This document shows, one piece after another, positions 21,755-32,593 of a DNA stretch of 64,000 nt. A program made the position numbers and the translations under genes. Positions within the stretch are counted from its first letter, which is position 1, and every line of letters starts with the position of its first letter. The notes under the pieces were generated by a model. The model had not been told where the DNA came from, did not search any database, and saw only the letters and a program-made list of their open reading frames with translations. Source of the stretch: Escherichia coli O157:H7 (lineage in GTDB: Bacteria; Pseudomonadota; Gammaproteobacteria; Enterobacterales; Enterobacteriaceae); the NCBI RefSeq assembly GCF_013167455.1, contig NZ_CP038328.1; one strand, given 5' to 3'.

Positions 21755-22804
21755 TTAACCCGGTAACCGACTTTTCGGTCTGCCCGGCCCCAGTAAAATC
21801 GCCAGTTTGCTGCCGCCTTTCGTCGTTTCCATCCAGATTTTACACACGCTGGTTAATGGCACCGAAAGTAGCATCCCTACCGGGCCGAGCAGCCATCCCC
21901 AAATTAACAATGAAAGAAATACCACCATGGTGGACATCCCCAGGCGATGGCCCATCATCCGTGGTTCTAAAATATTGCCGATGACCATATGGACCACTAA
22001 AAACAATGCGCCGACCAGAATACATTCGTAAACACCATTAAACAGCAGCACCTGAATCATTGGCGGTACGGCGGAAATTACCGCGCCGATATTGGGCACG
22101 TAGTTAAGCAAAAACGCCAGTACTGCCCACATCAGCGCAAACTGTACCCCCATCAGCTCCAGCCCCAGCCAGACGATGACACCCGTCCATAAACTGAGTA
22201 GCGTCTTTAACGCCAGATAATGCGAAACGCCTTTAAGTGCGCGGTGTAATCCCGCGATGTGAATCTGTGGGTTATTCAGCGCAAAACGCATTTTGTAAGG
22301 GACGTGGCGCACTTCAAACAGCATAAAAACTACGGTCATCACCAGCAAAAGCACGCTCGCCATTGCCCCGGAAAGCCCGGTCATTAGCGCTGTGGTGAAG
22401 GTAACCACTTTTTCCGAGTCCATCCGCTGCAGCATTCGCTCCGGCGACATATGCAAATTAAGAAAAGGCAACATCTCCTGCAATTTAAAAAGTTTGCGCG
22501 TCAGCTCCTTATTAAACTTCGGCAGCATAGAGATAAATTCGTTAAACGATGCCGCCAGTACGCCGACCAGCGCGGTTAGTGCGATCAGCATCACCACCAC
22601 TACAATCGTAATGGCAACGGGGCGTTGTACTCCCCGACGAATAAACCAGGTGACGAGCGGGTTGAGGACGATGGCAAAAAACAGCGCCAGTAACAGCTGC
22701 ACAATGATATCTGCCGCTGCGTGAATGCCCGCGAGGATCACTACCAGCGAGGCCAGCTTGAGCAGAATGTGCATGCCCGTTTTATCGGGTTGAGGGGTTT
22801 CCAT
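21755..22804 (-). CDS. yhhT: AI-2E-family inner-membrane transporter YhhT
   Basis: Start at the internal ATG (METPQPDKTGMH...) gives 349 aa matching YhhT. Confidence 0.88.
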   Translation of the reverse strand: METPQPDKTGMHILLKLASLVVILAGIHAAADIIVQLLLALFFAIVLNPLVTWFIRRGVQRPVAITIVVVVMLIALTALVGVLAASFNEFISMLPKFNKELTRKLFKLQEMLPFLNLHMSPERMLQRMDSEKVVTFTTALMTGLSGAMASVLLLVMTVVFMLFEVRHVPYKMRFALNNPQIHIAGLHRALKGVSHYLALKTLLSLWTGVIVWLGLELMGVQFALMWAVLAFLLNYVPNIGAVISAVPPMIQVLLFNGVYECILVGALFLVVHMVIGNILEPRMMGHRLGMSTMVVFLSLLIWGWLLGPVGMLLSVPLTSVCKIWMETTKGGSKLAILLGPGRPKSRLPG

Positions 22805-22935
22805 TGGGGCTTCCTTGTGACTTTTTGTATTAAGTGTAGCGGGAGTCACGACGGCAATATTCTGATTCTTACTGCTGATTTTCACGTCAGCACGTGGTAA
22901 AAATGAAACACTGTTGTAAAAATGTGGTGATCCTC

Positions 22936-24153
22936 ATGCCCGAACCCGTAGCCGAACCCGCGCTAAACGGATTGCGCCTGAATTTGCGCATTCTCTCCAT
23001 TGTCATGTTTAACTTCGCCAGCTACCTCACCATCGGGTTGCCGCTCGCTGTATTACCGGGCTATGTCCATGATGTGATGGGCTTTAGCGCTTTCTGGGCA
23101 GGATTGGTTATCAGCCTGCAATATTTCGCCACCTTGCTGAGCCGTCCTCATGCCGGACGTTACGCCGATTTGCTGGGCCCCAAAAAGATTGTCGTCTTCG
23201 GTTTATGCGGCTGCTTTTTGAGCGGTCTGGGATATCTGACGGCAGGATTAACCGCCAGTCTGCCCGTCATCAGCCTGTTATTACTTTGCCTGGGACGCGT
23301 CATCCTTGGGATTGGGCAAAGTTTTGCCGGAACGGGATCGACCCTGTGGGGTGTTGGCGTGGTTGGCTCGCTGCATATCGGGCGGGTGATTTCGTGGAAC
23401 GGCATTGTCACTTACGGGGCGATGGCGATGGGTGCGCCGTTAGGCGTCGTGTTTTATCACTGGGGCGGCTTGCAGGCGTTAGCGTTAATTATTATGGGCG
23501 TGGCGCTGGTGGCCATTTTGTTGGCGATCCCGCGTCCGACGGTAAAAGCCAGTAAAGGCAAACCGCTGCCGTTTCGCGCGGTGCTTGGGCGCGTCTGGCT
23601 GTACGGTATGGCGCTGGCACTGGCTTCCGCCGGATTTGGCGTCATCGCCACCTTTATCACGCTGTTTTATGACGTTAAAGGTTGGGGCGGTGCGGCTTTC
23701 GCGCTGACGCTGTTTAGCTGTGCGTTTGTCGGTACGCGTTTGTTATTCCCTAACGGCATTAACCGTATCGGCGGCTTAAACGTAGCGATGATTTGCTTTA
23801 GCGTTGAGATAATCGGCCTGCTACTGGTTGGCGTGGCGACTATGCCGTGGATGGCGAAAATCGGCGTCTTACTGGCGGGGGCCGGGTTTTCGCTGGTGTT
23901 CCCGGCATTGGGTGTAGTGGCGGTAAAAGCGGTTCCGCAGCAAAATCAGGGGGCGGCGCTGGCAACCTACACCGTATTTATGGATTTATCGCTTGGCGTG
24001 ACCGGACCACTGGCTGGGCTGGTGATGAGTTGGGCGGGCGTACCGGTGATTTATCTGGCGGCGGCGGGACTGGTCGCAATCGCGTTATTACTGACGTGGC
24101 GATTAAAAAAACGGCCTCCGGAACACGTCCCTGAGGCCGCCTCATCATCTTAA
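22936..24153 (+). CDS. yhhS: MFS transporter YhhS
   Basis: Start at MPEPVAEPALNG gives 405 aa; 12-TM MFS topology; divergent from yhhT. Confidence 0.88.
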   Translation: MPEPVAEPALNGLRLNLRILSIVMFNFASYLTIGLPLAVLPGYVHDVMGFSAFWAGLVISLQYFATLLSRPHAGRYADLLGPKKIVVFGLCGCFLSGLGYLTAGLTASLPVISLLLLCLGRVILGIGQSFAGTGSTLWGVGVVGSLHIGRVISWNGIVTYGAMAMGAPLGVVFYHWGGLQALALIIMGVALVAILLAIPRPTVKASKGKPLPFRAVLGRVWLYGMALALASAGFGVIATFITLFYDVKGWGGAAFALTLFSCAFVGTRLLFPNGINRIGGLNVAMICFSVEIIGLLLVGVATMPWMAKIGVLLAGAGFSLVFPALGVVAVKAVPQQNQGAALATYTVFMDLSLGVTGPLAGLVMSWAGVPVIYLAAAGLVAIALLLTWRLKKRPPEHVPEAASSS

Positions 24154-24156
24154 AAC

Positions 24157-24714
24157 TTACTGAATAACCAGCGTATTAATGATGTTTTCTGCGGTGGTCT
24201 GCGCTTTTTGCTGATCGTCAGCTGGCAGAGTAATTTGCATGGTCAGCAGTTGATTACCCACGTTACCCAGAATAACGGAAGAGTACGCCGTCTGGCCTTT
24301 CGCGGAGATAATACTGTCTAACTGCTGCATTTTGTGACCTTTCAGCTCAATGGCTTTATTGGTGACCACTTGCAGCTGTGGATCGCGGCTACGTTGCTGA
24401 TCTTCCAGACGCTTCGCCAGCACCGCCAGATCTTCTTTCGGATCATCGCCCATGATGACGATGACTGCTTTCTGCCCGGTGGCGTCGGACCAGACATGCA
24501 TGTTATTGGCCTGCGTTCCCAGCTTACCGCTCTGGTCGGTCATATCCGCTGGCAGCGAGAAACTTAACTTGCCATCAAGCAGGTTGACGGGATTCCCGGT
24601 AGCGTTACTTTCCGCGACCGAACCCTGCGCCGTAGCGTTAGTGTCTTTATCATCACAGGCCGCAAGCCCCATAACCAGCAGGCCAATTCCGACATATTTA
24701 ACCAGATTGCGCAT
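24157..24714 (-). CDS. dcrB: Periplasmic lipoprotein DcrB
   Basis: Start at [20 protein letters not shown] gives 185 aa with lipobox LAAC. Confidence 0.85.
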
Positions 24715-24786
24715 TGACTTCTTCCTTTCGATAAACGGCCATAACGGCTCATTCATCCATCTTATCACAACTCTGATAACGAACCT

Positions 24787-25452
24787 TTAACTCGCCTGCA
24801 AAGCGTTGATTTCGGATTTATCTGCCAGTCTTTTCAACAGCATATTGAGTAATACGCCATACATTGGCAGGAAGAAAACGATACTGATTAACACTTTGAA
24901 ACAGTAATCGACCAGCGCGATTTCCATCCAGTGTTCAGCCATAAAGGCATCCGGGCTACGCCAGAAGGCAATGAAGAAAAAGGCCAGCGTGTCGCTGACG
25001 TTACCGAACAGTGTGGACGCTGTCGGTGCCAGCCACCAGCGGCGACTCTGACGCAGGCGGTTAAAAACGTGCACGTCGAGGATCTGTCCCAGCGCGTAGG
25101 CCATGAAACTGGCGGTGGCGATACGGGCGACAAACAGGTTGAAGTGGGAGAGTGCGCCGAATCCCTGCCATGAACCCATATAGAATAGCGACGAGATGAC
25201 GTAGGAGATCAGCAATGCCGGGATCATCACCGCAAAGATGATACGACGGGCCAGCGGTGCGCCAAAAATACGTACGGTCAGGTCGGTAGCGAGAAAGATA
25301 AACGGAAAGCTAAACGCGCCCCAGGTGGTATGGAAACCAAAAATGGAGACGGGAAGCTGAACCAGATAGTTACTGGAGGTGATCACCAGCAGATGAAATA
25401 ACGATAACCAGAACAACGCCTTATAGCGTTGAGTTTGCGAGAAAACGTTCAT
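24787..25452 (-). CDS. yhhQ: Queuosine-precursor transporter YhhQ
   Basis: 221-aa polytopic membrane protein matching YhhQ. Confidence 0.88.
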   Translation of the reverse strand: MNVFSQTQRYKALFWLSLFHLLVITSSNYLVQLPVSIFGFHTTWGAFSFPFIFLATDLTVRIFGAPLARRIIFAVMIPALLISYVISSLFYMGSWQGFGALSHFNLFVARIATASFMAYALGQILDVHVFNRLRQSRRWWLAPTASTLFGNVSDTLAFFFIAFWRSPDAFMAEHWMEIALVDYCFKVLISIVFFLPMYGVLLNMLLKRLADKSEINALQAS

Positions 25453-25672
25453 ATTGTACCTTTTTGATTAACCATTGGGGTGAGGGAACCCAATACGTAC
25501 GACACGTCTGTTACCTTAACATAATAACGTGCTTACCCTTTTTTCGAGCCGCCGCATGATACTGCTTTACGTTGACAATGCAATGGTTAATTTTCACGCA
25601 ATCGTTAACCTGGTTTGCTTACGGACTCACAGGGCGTAAACTAGCGCCGTTTTTTTATGTGATGAGAAGAAA

Positions 25673-25918
25673 ATGACCGATCTCTTTTCCAGCCCTGACC
25701 ACACACTCGACGCACTTGGCCTGCGCTGCCCGGAACCAGTCATGATGGTGCGCAAAACAGTGCGCAATATGCAGCCAGGTGAAACATTGCTGATTATTGC
25801 TGACGATCCGGCGACGACCCGCGATATCCCTGGGTTTTGTACCTTTATGGAACACGAACTGGTTGCCAAAGAGACGGATGGACTGCCTTATCGTTATTTG
25901 ATTCGTAAAGGCGGTTGA
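25673..25918 (+). CDS. tusA: Sulfurtransferase TusA
   Basis: 81 aa with the conserved LGLRCPEP active-site Cys motif. Confidence 0.92.
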
Positions 25919-25986
25919 CGGGGGCAGATTGGCTTCGATGCCGCCTTTTCCCCTCACCCTAACCCTCTCCCCAGAGGAGCGAGGGG

Positions 25987-26014
25987 ACCGATCGCGCTCA
26001 ATGTTGCGATCGGT
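25987..26014. terminator. Hairpin between convergent tusA and zntA (9-bp stem ACCGATCGC/GCGATCGGT)
   Basis: Perfect inverted repeat with a 10-nt loop between two convergent stops; only a weak T-run follows on the plus strand. Confidence 0.4.
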
Positions 26015-26019
26015 TTGCC

Positions 26020-28218
26020 TTATCTCCTGCGCAACAATCTTAACGCATTCGCTGTCACCAGCACCGTCGCACCCGTATCTGCCAGCACTGCCAGCCATAG
26101 TCCGGTCATCCCTAACAGCGTGGTGACGAGGAAGATCCCTTTCAGCCCCAGCGCAATAGTGATGTTCTGGCGGATATTGGCGTGAGTGGCGCGTGCCAGT
26201 TCAATCATTTGCACCAGACCGCGCAGGTGGTTATGGGTTAATGCTGCGTCGGCGGTTTCCAGCGCCACGTCTGTGCCGCTGCCCATTGCAATCCCGATGG
26301 CGGCAGCTTTCATCGCTGGCGCGTCGTTAATACCGTCACCGACCATCGCCAGCGGCGCATGTTGATTCAGCTCGGTCACCGCTTTGACTTTATCTTCCGG
26401 CAACAGGCCCGCTTTAAACTCCAGCCCCAGCTCCCCGGCAATTGCCGCCGCTGCGCGTGGATTATCGCCGGTGAGGATCACCCCTTTGACGCCCAGCGCG
26501 TTCAGTTCACTGATGGCAGTTGCAGCATCGGCGCGCAGGGTATCCTGCAATGCAATGATACCCAGCACGTCATCATTACGTACTACCAGCACAACCGTTT
26601 GCCCGGCGCTTTCCAGTTCATTAATCAAACCAGCAAATGCATCAGCGGGATGTTTCCCGGCAGCGCATATCAACACGCGCTCACCGTTAACCTGCGCTTC
26701 AATGCCAGACCCGACCAGCGCCCGCTGTGATTCGGCGGCGGGAATGGCGAGTGCAGCAACCTGTGCTTCGCGCACGATGGCCTGCGCCAGTGGATGCGTC
26801 GCGCCTTGCTCGACCGCCGCCGCCAGTGTCAGCAGTTCAGATTCACTAATACCCGTTGCCGGATGAATCGCGGTAACGCGCGGTTTACCGACGGTCAGCG
26901 TACCGGTTTTATCAAACGCCACCTGGGTAACACGACCCAGCTGTTCCAGCGCCGCTCCGCCTTTAATCAACGCCCCACGACGCGCTGCCGCCGCCAGCCC
27001 GGAGGTAATCGCCGCAGGCGTTGAGATAACTAACGCACACGGGCAGCCAATCAGCAGCAGCGTCAGCCCTTTATAAATCCACTCCTGCCAGCTGGTGGCA
27101 AACAGCAGCGGTGGCACCAGCGTCACCAGCAGAGCGACGGCCATAATCGCGGGCGTGTAAATACGGCTGAAACGGTCGATAAACCGCTCAATGGGTGCGC
27201 GACGCTCTTCGGCTTCTTCGATCAGTTTCAGAATCCGGTCAATGGCGCTGGCACCCGGTTCTGACAGCACTTCCAGCGTTACCAGACGGTCTACGCTGGT
27301 GGCTCCTGCAGGAACTTTATCGCCCGTTGCGCGCTCCACCGGAATAGATTCGCCGGTCAGGGCGCTTTCATCAAAACTGGCAAACGGTGAGAGCAGTTTA
27401 CCGTCGGCAGGCAAACGTCCACCTGCGGCGACTTCAATCACATCGCCAGGGCGCAGGCTGTTAATCGCCACCTCTTCCCGCTCACCGTTACGCAGGCGCG
27501 TGGCGGTTTCTGGTTTCAGCGCCATTAACGCGCTGACCTCTTGACGCGCGCGGCTGGCGGCCCAGCCTTCCAGTCGTTCACCAATCAAAAACAGCAGCAA
27601 CACCATCGCAGCTTCAGCCGTTGCGCCAATAAACAGTGCACCAATAGCGGCTACGCTCATTAAGGTTTCAATGGCGAAGTAGCTGCCGGATTTGATCAGC
27701 CGTAATGCCTGACGAGCAATCGGGTACAGCCCAACCAGCGTGGTCGCGATAAACGCCAGTTGCCCGAACGGATGATTAAATTGCTCCAAACCCCAGCTGA
27801 TTGCCATCATCACGATAAGCGTAATCAGCGGCAGATTCTCTTTCAGGCGCGATGCTTGTGGCTCGTCGGCGGCCTGCTCATCGCGCAGGGAATAGCCCGC
27901 TTTTTGCACCGCAGATTCAACTTGTGCACGGATGTCATTGTCGGCATCAACCACCAGTTTTTCGGTGGCGAACAACACCTGTACCTGATTCACGCCTGCA
28001 AGCTGGCGCACGGCATTTTCTACCTTGCGCGCACAGGCGGCGCAGTCCATGCCGCTGACTTTCCAGCTATAGCGGGTGCCGGAGACGTTTTCAGAGAGAG
28101 TTGGCGTGCTGGAACATGCGCCGTCGCAGCAACAGTCGTTGGCGTTCTGTACCGTGGTTAGCGGTTTGAACGCAGCAAATTGAGGGGCTTTCTTGCCGTG
28201 ATTGTCAGGAGTCGACAT
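26020..28218 (-). CDS. zntA: Zn/Cd/Pb-exporting P1B-type ATPase ZntA
   Basis: 732 aa; N-terminal metal-binding GMDCAAC, transmembrane CPC motif, phosphorylation motif DKTGTLT. Confidence 0.95.
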   Translation of the reverse strand: MSTPDNHGKKAPQFAAFKPLTTVQNANDCCCDGACSSTPTLSENVSGTRYSWKVSGMDCAACARKVENAVRQLAGVNQVQVLFATEKLVVDADNDIRAQVESAVQKAGYSLRDEQAADEPQASRLKENLPLITLIVMMAISWGLEQFNHPFGQLAFIATTLVGLYPIARQALRLIKSGSYFAIETLMSVAAIGALFIGATAEAAMVLLLFLIGERLEGWAASRARQEVSALMALKPETATRLRNGEREEVAINSLRPGDVIEVAAGGRLPADGKLLSPFASFDESALTGESIPVERATGDKVPAGATSVDRLVTLEVLSEPGASAIDRILKLIEEAEERRAPIERFIDRFSRIYTPAIMAVALLVTLVPPLLFATSWQEWIYKGLTLLLIGCPCALVISTPAAITSGLAAAARRGALIKGGAALEQLGRVTQVAFDKTGTLTVGKPRVTAIHPATGISESELLTLAAAVEQGATHPLAQAIVREAQVAALAIPAAESQRALVGSGIEAQVNGERVLICAAGKHPADAFAGLINELESAGQTVVLVVRNDDVLGIIALQDTLRADAATAISELNALGVKGVILTGDNPRAAAAIAGELGLEFKAGLLPEDKVKAVTELNQHAPLAMVGDGINDAPAMKAAAIGIAMGSGTDVALETADAALTHNHLRGLVQMIELARATHANIRQNITIALGLKGIFLVTTLLGMTGLWLAVLADTGATVLVTANALRLLRRR

Positions 28219-28253
28219 GGCATCCTCCGGTTAAGTTTTTTCTCATTAACCGA

Positions 28254-28285
28254 AGGATACACTCTGGAGTCGACTCCAGAGTCAA
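28254..28285 (-). promoter_or_regulatory. zntA promoter with ZntR (MerR-type) operator
   Basis: On the minus strand: TTGACT, a 20-bp spacer containing the perfect palindrome ACTCTGGAGTCGACTCCAGAGT (28261..28282), then TATCCT. Confidence 0.8.
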
Positions 28286-28291
28286 GTTTTA

Positions 28292-28918
28292 TCAGAGATA
28301 CAGCGAGCGGACGATGAGGAAGTGACCGGCAAAGTAGCAGGCCGCAGCAATCGCGTTGTCCGCACGGAAGCGTCGGCGATAGTGACTACCCAGCCAGACA
28401 AAGTTACTGATAAACAGCAACGAAGCGCCGACAAACGCAGAGAGTGCCGGAGCGGTCGGACGGAAGAACCACAGTTCACCTGCCAGCCACACCATCACCA
28501 GCGTCATGCCGATAAACGTGCAGATAGGCCAACGATACTCTTCCAGCCGCGTCCAGATAATCGCCAGTAACAGCGCACCCAGAACCAGCAACACCAGTGG
28601 CAGAGGCCAGAAGAAAGAGAGCGTCATCTGACTGGCGAAATAGATGGTGTACAGCAGGTGCGAGAGGAAAAACGCGCCGATGGCGTACATCAGACGTTGA
28701 CGTGGCAACAGGGTTAGCGCATCGCCCAGCAGTGAGGCGCACAGCCCTGCCAGCACCAGATAGCTAATGGCGTCGAACATCGGCGCTTGCCAGGCCAGTA
28801 ACAGCAGGAGAAGAAGGGTTAACGGTTTAAACACCCAGCGTTGCCAGGTTGGCCCACGATACGATGCATCCACAGATAGCCATGCGGAAAGACAGACAGC
28901 GATAAACGACCAAAGCAT
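28292..28918 (-). CDS. yhhN: YhhN-family membrane protein
   Basis: 208-aa polytopic membrane protein matching YhhN. Confidence 0.85.
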
Positions 28919-29058
28919 CTTAGTTCCTTGAATTCGTTATTTTTTCGTAAGCGGAATGCCTACGGTCTTGCTTCCAGTTTAGTGGCGAGGGTGGACGGAT
29001 GACAACACCATAACTGGCAGGGTATGCTTATTTCCGCATTTTCCGATGAGGGATAAAG

Positions 29059-29418
29059 ATGAGCAAACCACCTCTTTTCTTTATTGTTATCATTGGCTTA
29101 ATCATCGTCGCCGCATCGTTTCGTTTTATGCAACAGCGACGGGAAAAAGCTGATAATGATATGGCACCACTCCAGCAAAAGCTGGTGTTGGTGAGCAACA
29201 AGCGGGAAAAACCGATTAACGATCGCCGTTCGCGCCAGCAGGAAGTGACTCCGGCAGGCACCAGTATGCGCTATGAGGCAAGCTTCAAACCGCAAAGCGG
29301 AGGAATGGAGCAGACGTTTCGCCTCGACGCCCAGCAGTACCACGCCCTGACAGTGGGCGATAAAGGTACGCTGAGCTATAAAGGAACGCGCTTTGTTAGC
29401 TTTGTTGGCGAACAATAA
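29059..29418 (+). CDS. yhhM: DUF2500 membrane-anchored protein YhhM
   Basis: 119 aa with a single N-terminal transmembrane helix. Confidence 0.8.
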   Translation: MSKPPLFFIVIIGLIIVAASFRFMQQRREKADNDMAPLQQKLVLVSNKREKPINDRRSRQQEVTPAGTSMRYEASFKPQSGGMEQTFRLDAQQYHALTVGDKGTLSYKGTRFVSFVGEQ

Positions 29419-29420
29419 GG

Positions 29421-29690
29421 TTATTTTTTAACTTTAAATTTCTTCTGCCAGACCAGCAGTTCAAACACGCCGAAAAGGAAAATCCGCACCTTTTCGGCGG
29501 TGGTCATCTGCGGGCCATCTTTCGGTAAAGTGGATTTCAATAGCGCCAGTTGCATACCATGCATCAGCACGGTAAAAATCAGCGCCACGTTAACGAAAAT
29601 ATTCAGCGGGCGCGGGAAGGGATGCACCAGGTTGAGGATTAAAAATCCCCAAACACAGAGCATTAACAAACGACCAATATTAATCAGCAT
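29421..29690 (-). CDS. yhhL: Small membrane protein YhhL (DUF1145)
   Basis: Start at the internal ATG (MLINIGRLLML...) gives 89 aa with 2 to 3 TM helices; overlaps rsmD by 11 bp. Confidence 0.75.
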   Translation of the reverse strand: MLINIGRLLMLCVWGFLILNLVHPFPRPLNIFVNVALIFTVLMHGMQLALLKSTLPKDGPQMTTAEKVRIFLFGVFELLVWQKKFKVKK

Positions 29691-30276
29691 CACTTTCTCC
29701 TTGTGCTTCGCGTTGATACAGCCGATAAGCCACCTGACCCGCCACTTTTTCCCGATGTAACGACCAGTTTGCCGGAACGGTGGGCAGACCGTTTTCGACT
29801 TCGCTTTCGACATAAATCAGGGTTTCGTCAGCCAGCCAGCCGTTATCTTCCAGTAAATTTATCGTCTCTTCTAACAAACCACGGCGGAACGGTGGATCGA
29901 CAAACACGATATTATGCGGTGTGCCTTTTTGCGCCAGGAATGACATTGCGTTGCTGTTCACCACGCGTGCATTGCCTGCTTTTAGTGTCGCCAGATTCTT
30001 AATTAACTGCTGAGAAACTGCACGATCCATCTCAATTAACGTGGCCCCCGCAGCGTAGCGCGATAACGCTTCCAGCCCCAGCGCGCCGCTCCCGGCGAAG
30101 CAATCCAGACATTGGGCGTCAACAATGACCGGAGCCAGCCAGTTAAACAACGTTTCGCGTACGCGGTCGGTGGTGGGGCGCAGACCTGGGCTATCAGGAA
30201 CCGGGAGTTTACGGCCTCGCCACTGCCCGCCAATAATGCGGATTTGGCCGCTGCCGGAATGATTCGGTTTTTTCAT
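29680..30276 (-). CDS. rsmD: 16S rRNA m2G966 methyltransferase RsmD
   Basis: 198 aa; SAM motif LDCFAGSGALGLEALSR and DPPF catalytic motif. Confidence 0.9.
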   Translation of the reverse strand: MKKPNHSGSGQIRIIGGQWRGRKLPVPDSPGLRPTTDRVRETLFNWLAPVIVDAQCLDCFAGSGALGLEALSRYAAGATLIEMDRAVSQQLIKNLATLKAGNARVVNSNAMSFLAQKGTPHNIVFVDPPFRRGLLEETINLLEDNGWLADETLIYVESEVENGLPTVPANWSLHREKVAGQVAYRLYQREAQGESDAD

Positions 30277-30425
30277 GATAAATTGCTCAATCCGCCAGAT
30301 AACACATACTTGCAGGCGGTGATGTGAATTAAGTTAAGTGATAGACTATTTCATCATTTTTTTAGCTGCTATGTACATAGCGTTAACGCTGTGCCATGAA
30401 GCAACAGCGAGGAGTGTAGTCGCAA

Positions 30426-31922
30426 ATGGCGAAAGAAAAAAAACGTGGCTTTTTTTCCTGGCTGGGCTTTGGTCAAAAAGAGCAGACCCCGGAAAAAGAG
30501 ACAGAAGTTCAGAATGAACAAACGGTTGTAGAAGAAATCGTTCAGGCGCAAGAGCCTGTGAAGGCTTCTGAACAAGCCGTCGAAGAGCAGCCGCAGGCGC
30601 ATACTGAGGCCGAGGCGGAAACTTTTGCTGCCGACGTTGTGGAAGTCACTGAACAGGTTGCTGAAAATGAAAAAGCGCAGCCTGAAGCGGAAGTCGTTGC
30701 ACAACCGGAACCGGTCGTAGAAGAAACGCCGGAGCCAGTGGCTATCGAACGTGAAGAGCTGCCGTTGCCGGAAGACGTCAACGCCGAAGAGGTTTCGCCA
30801 GAAGAGTGGCAGGCTGAAGCGGAAACCGTAGAGATTGTCGAAGCGGCGGAAGAAGAAGCGGCTAAAGAAGAAATCACCGACGAAGAGCTGGAAGCACAGG
30901 CGCTGGCTGCCGAAGCAGCAGAAGAGGCGGTGATGGTGGTTCCTCCGGCAGAAGAAGAGCAGCCGGTGGAAGAAATCGCTCAGGAGCAGGAAAAACCGAC
31001 CAAAGAAGGTTTTTTCGCGCGCCTGAAACGCAGCCTGTTAAAAACCAAAGAAAATCTCGGTTCCGGATTTATCAGCCTGTTCCGCGGTAAAAAAATCGAC
31101 GATGATCTGTTTGAGGAGCTGGAAGAGCAGCTTTTGATCGCCGATGTGGGCGTGGAAACCACACGTAAAATTATCACCAATCTGACGGAAGGCGCATCCC
31201 GCAAGCAGCTTCGTGATGCCGAGGCGCTCTATGGCCTGCTGAAAGAAGAGATGGGTGAGATTCTGGCGAAAGTCGATGAGCCGCTGAATGTTGAAGGTAA
31301 AACGCCGTTCGTGATCCTGATGGTGGGCGTCAACGGTGTGGGTAAAACCACGACGATTGGTAAGCTGGCACGTCAGTTTGAGCAGCAGGGTAAATCGGTG
31401 ATGCTGGCGGCGGGCGATACTTTCCGTGCAGCAGCGGTTGAACAGCTTCAGGTCTGGGGGCAGCGCAACAATATTCCGGTGATTGCCCAGCATACCGGGG
31501 CGGATTCCGCCTCTGTTATCTTCGACGCCATTCAGGCGGCTAAAGCGCGTAATATCGACGTCCTGATTGCCGATACCGCCGGACGCCTGCAGAACAAATC
31601 GCACCTGATGGAAGAGTTGAAGAAAATCGTCCGCGTGATGAAGAAACTCGACGTTGAAGCGCCGCATGAAGTTATGCTGACTATCGATGCCAGCACCGGG
31701 CAGAACGCGGTAAGCCAGGCCAAACTGTTCCATGAAGCCGTTGGCTTAACCGGCATCACGCTAACGAAACTGGACGGCACGGCGAAAGGCGGGGTAATTT
31801 TCTCGGTGGCTGACCAGTTTGGTATCCCTATCCGCTACATTGGTGTCGGCGAACGTATTGAGGATTTGCGTCCGTTTAAGGCGGACGACTTTATAGAGGC
31901 ACTTTTTGCCCGAGAGGATTAA
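30426..31922 (+). CDS. ftsY: Signal-recognition-particle receptor FtsY
   Basis: 498 aa; acidic repetitive N-terminal domain followed by an SRP GTPase domain (GVNGVGKTTT, DTAGR). Confidence 0.95.
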   Translation: MAKEKKRGFFSWLGFGQKEQTPEKETEVQNEQTVVEEIVQAQEPVKASEQAVEEQPQAHTEAEAETFAADVVEVTEQVAENEKAQPEAEVVAQPEPVVEETPEPVAIEREELPLPEDVNAEEVSPEEWQAEAETVEIVEAAEEEAAKEEITDEELEAQALAAEAAEEAVMVVPPAEEEQPVEEIAQEQEKPTKEGFFARLKRSLLKTKENLGSGFISLFRGKKIDDDLFEELEEQLLIADVGVETTRKIITNLTEGASRKQLRDAEALYGLLKEEMGEILAKVDEPLNVEGKTPFVILMVGVNGVGKTTTIGKLARQFEQQGKSVMLAAGDTFRAAAVEQLQVWGQRNNIPVIAQHTGADSASVIFDAIQAAKARNIDVLIADTAGRLQNKSHLMEELKKIVRVMKKLDVEAPHEVMLTIDASTGQNAVSQAKLFHEAVGLTGITLTKLDGTAKGGVIFSVADQFGIPIRYIGVGERIEDLRPFKADDFIEALFARED

Positions 31923-31924
31923 CA

Positions 31925-32593
31925 ATGATTCGCTTTGAACATGTCAGCAAGGCTTATCTCGGTGGGAGACAGGCGCTGCAGGGCGTTACGTTCCATATGC
32001 AGCCGGGTGAGATGGCGTTTCTGACCGGTCATTCCGGCGCAGGGAAAAGTACCCTCCTGAAGCTGATCTGTGGGATTGAGCGGCCCAGCGCCGGGAAAAT
32101 CTGGTTTAGCGGCCATGACATCACGCGTCTGAAAAACCGTGAAGTTCCGTTTCTGCGCCGCCAGATTGGCATGATTTTCCAGGATCACCATCTACTGATG
32201 GACCGTACTGTCTACGATAACGTGGCGATCCCGCTGATTATCGCCGGTGCCAGCGGTGACGATATTCGCCGCCGGGTGTCGGCGGCACTGGATAAAGTCG
32301 GGCTACTGGACAAAGCGAAGAACTTCCCTATTCAGCTTTCTGGCGGTGAACAACAGCGTGTTGGCATTGCCCGCGCGGTGGTGAACAAGCCCGCGGTACT
32401 GCTGGCGGACGAACCGACTGGTAACCTGGACGACGCGTTGTCGGAAGGGATTCTACGTCTGTTTGAAGAGTTTAACCGCGTAGGGGTAACCGTATTGATG
32501 GCAACGCACGACATCAACCTGATTTCACGGCGTTCCTATCGCATGCTCACCCTGAGCGATGGTCACTTGCATGGAGGCGTGGGCCATGAATAA
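31925..32593 (+). CDS. ftsE: Cell-division ABC ATPase FtsE
   Basis: 222 aa; Walker [10 protein letters not shown] and signature LSGGEQQRV. Confidence 0.95.

Noticed and set aside
30369-30704. 111-aa minus-strand ORF spanning the rsmD-ftsY divergent region
   Set aside because: Overlaps the ftsY 5' end on the opposite strand; low-complexity translation and no ribosome-binding site.
31038-31733. 231-aa minus-strand ORF
   Set aside because: Antisense to the conserved GTPase domain of ftsY.
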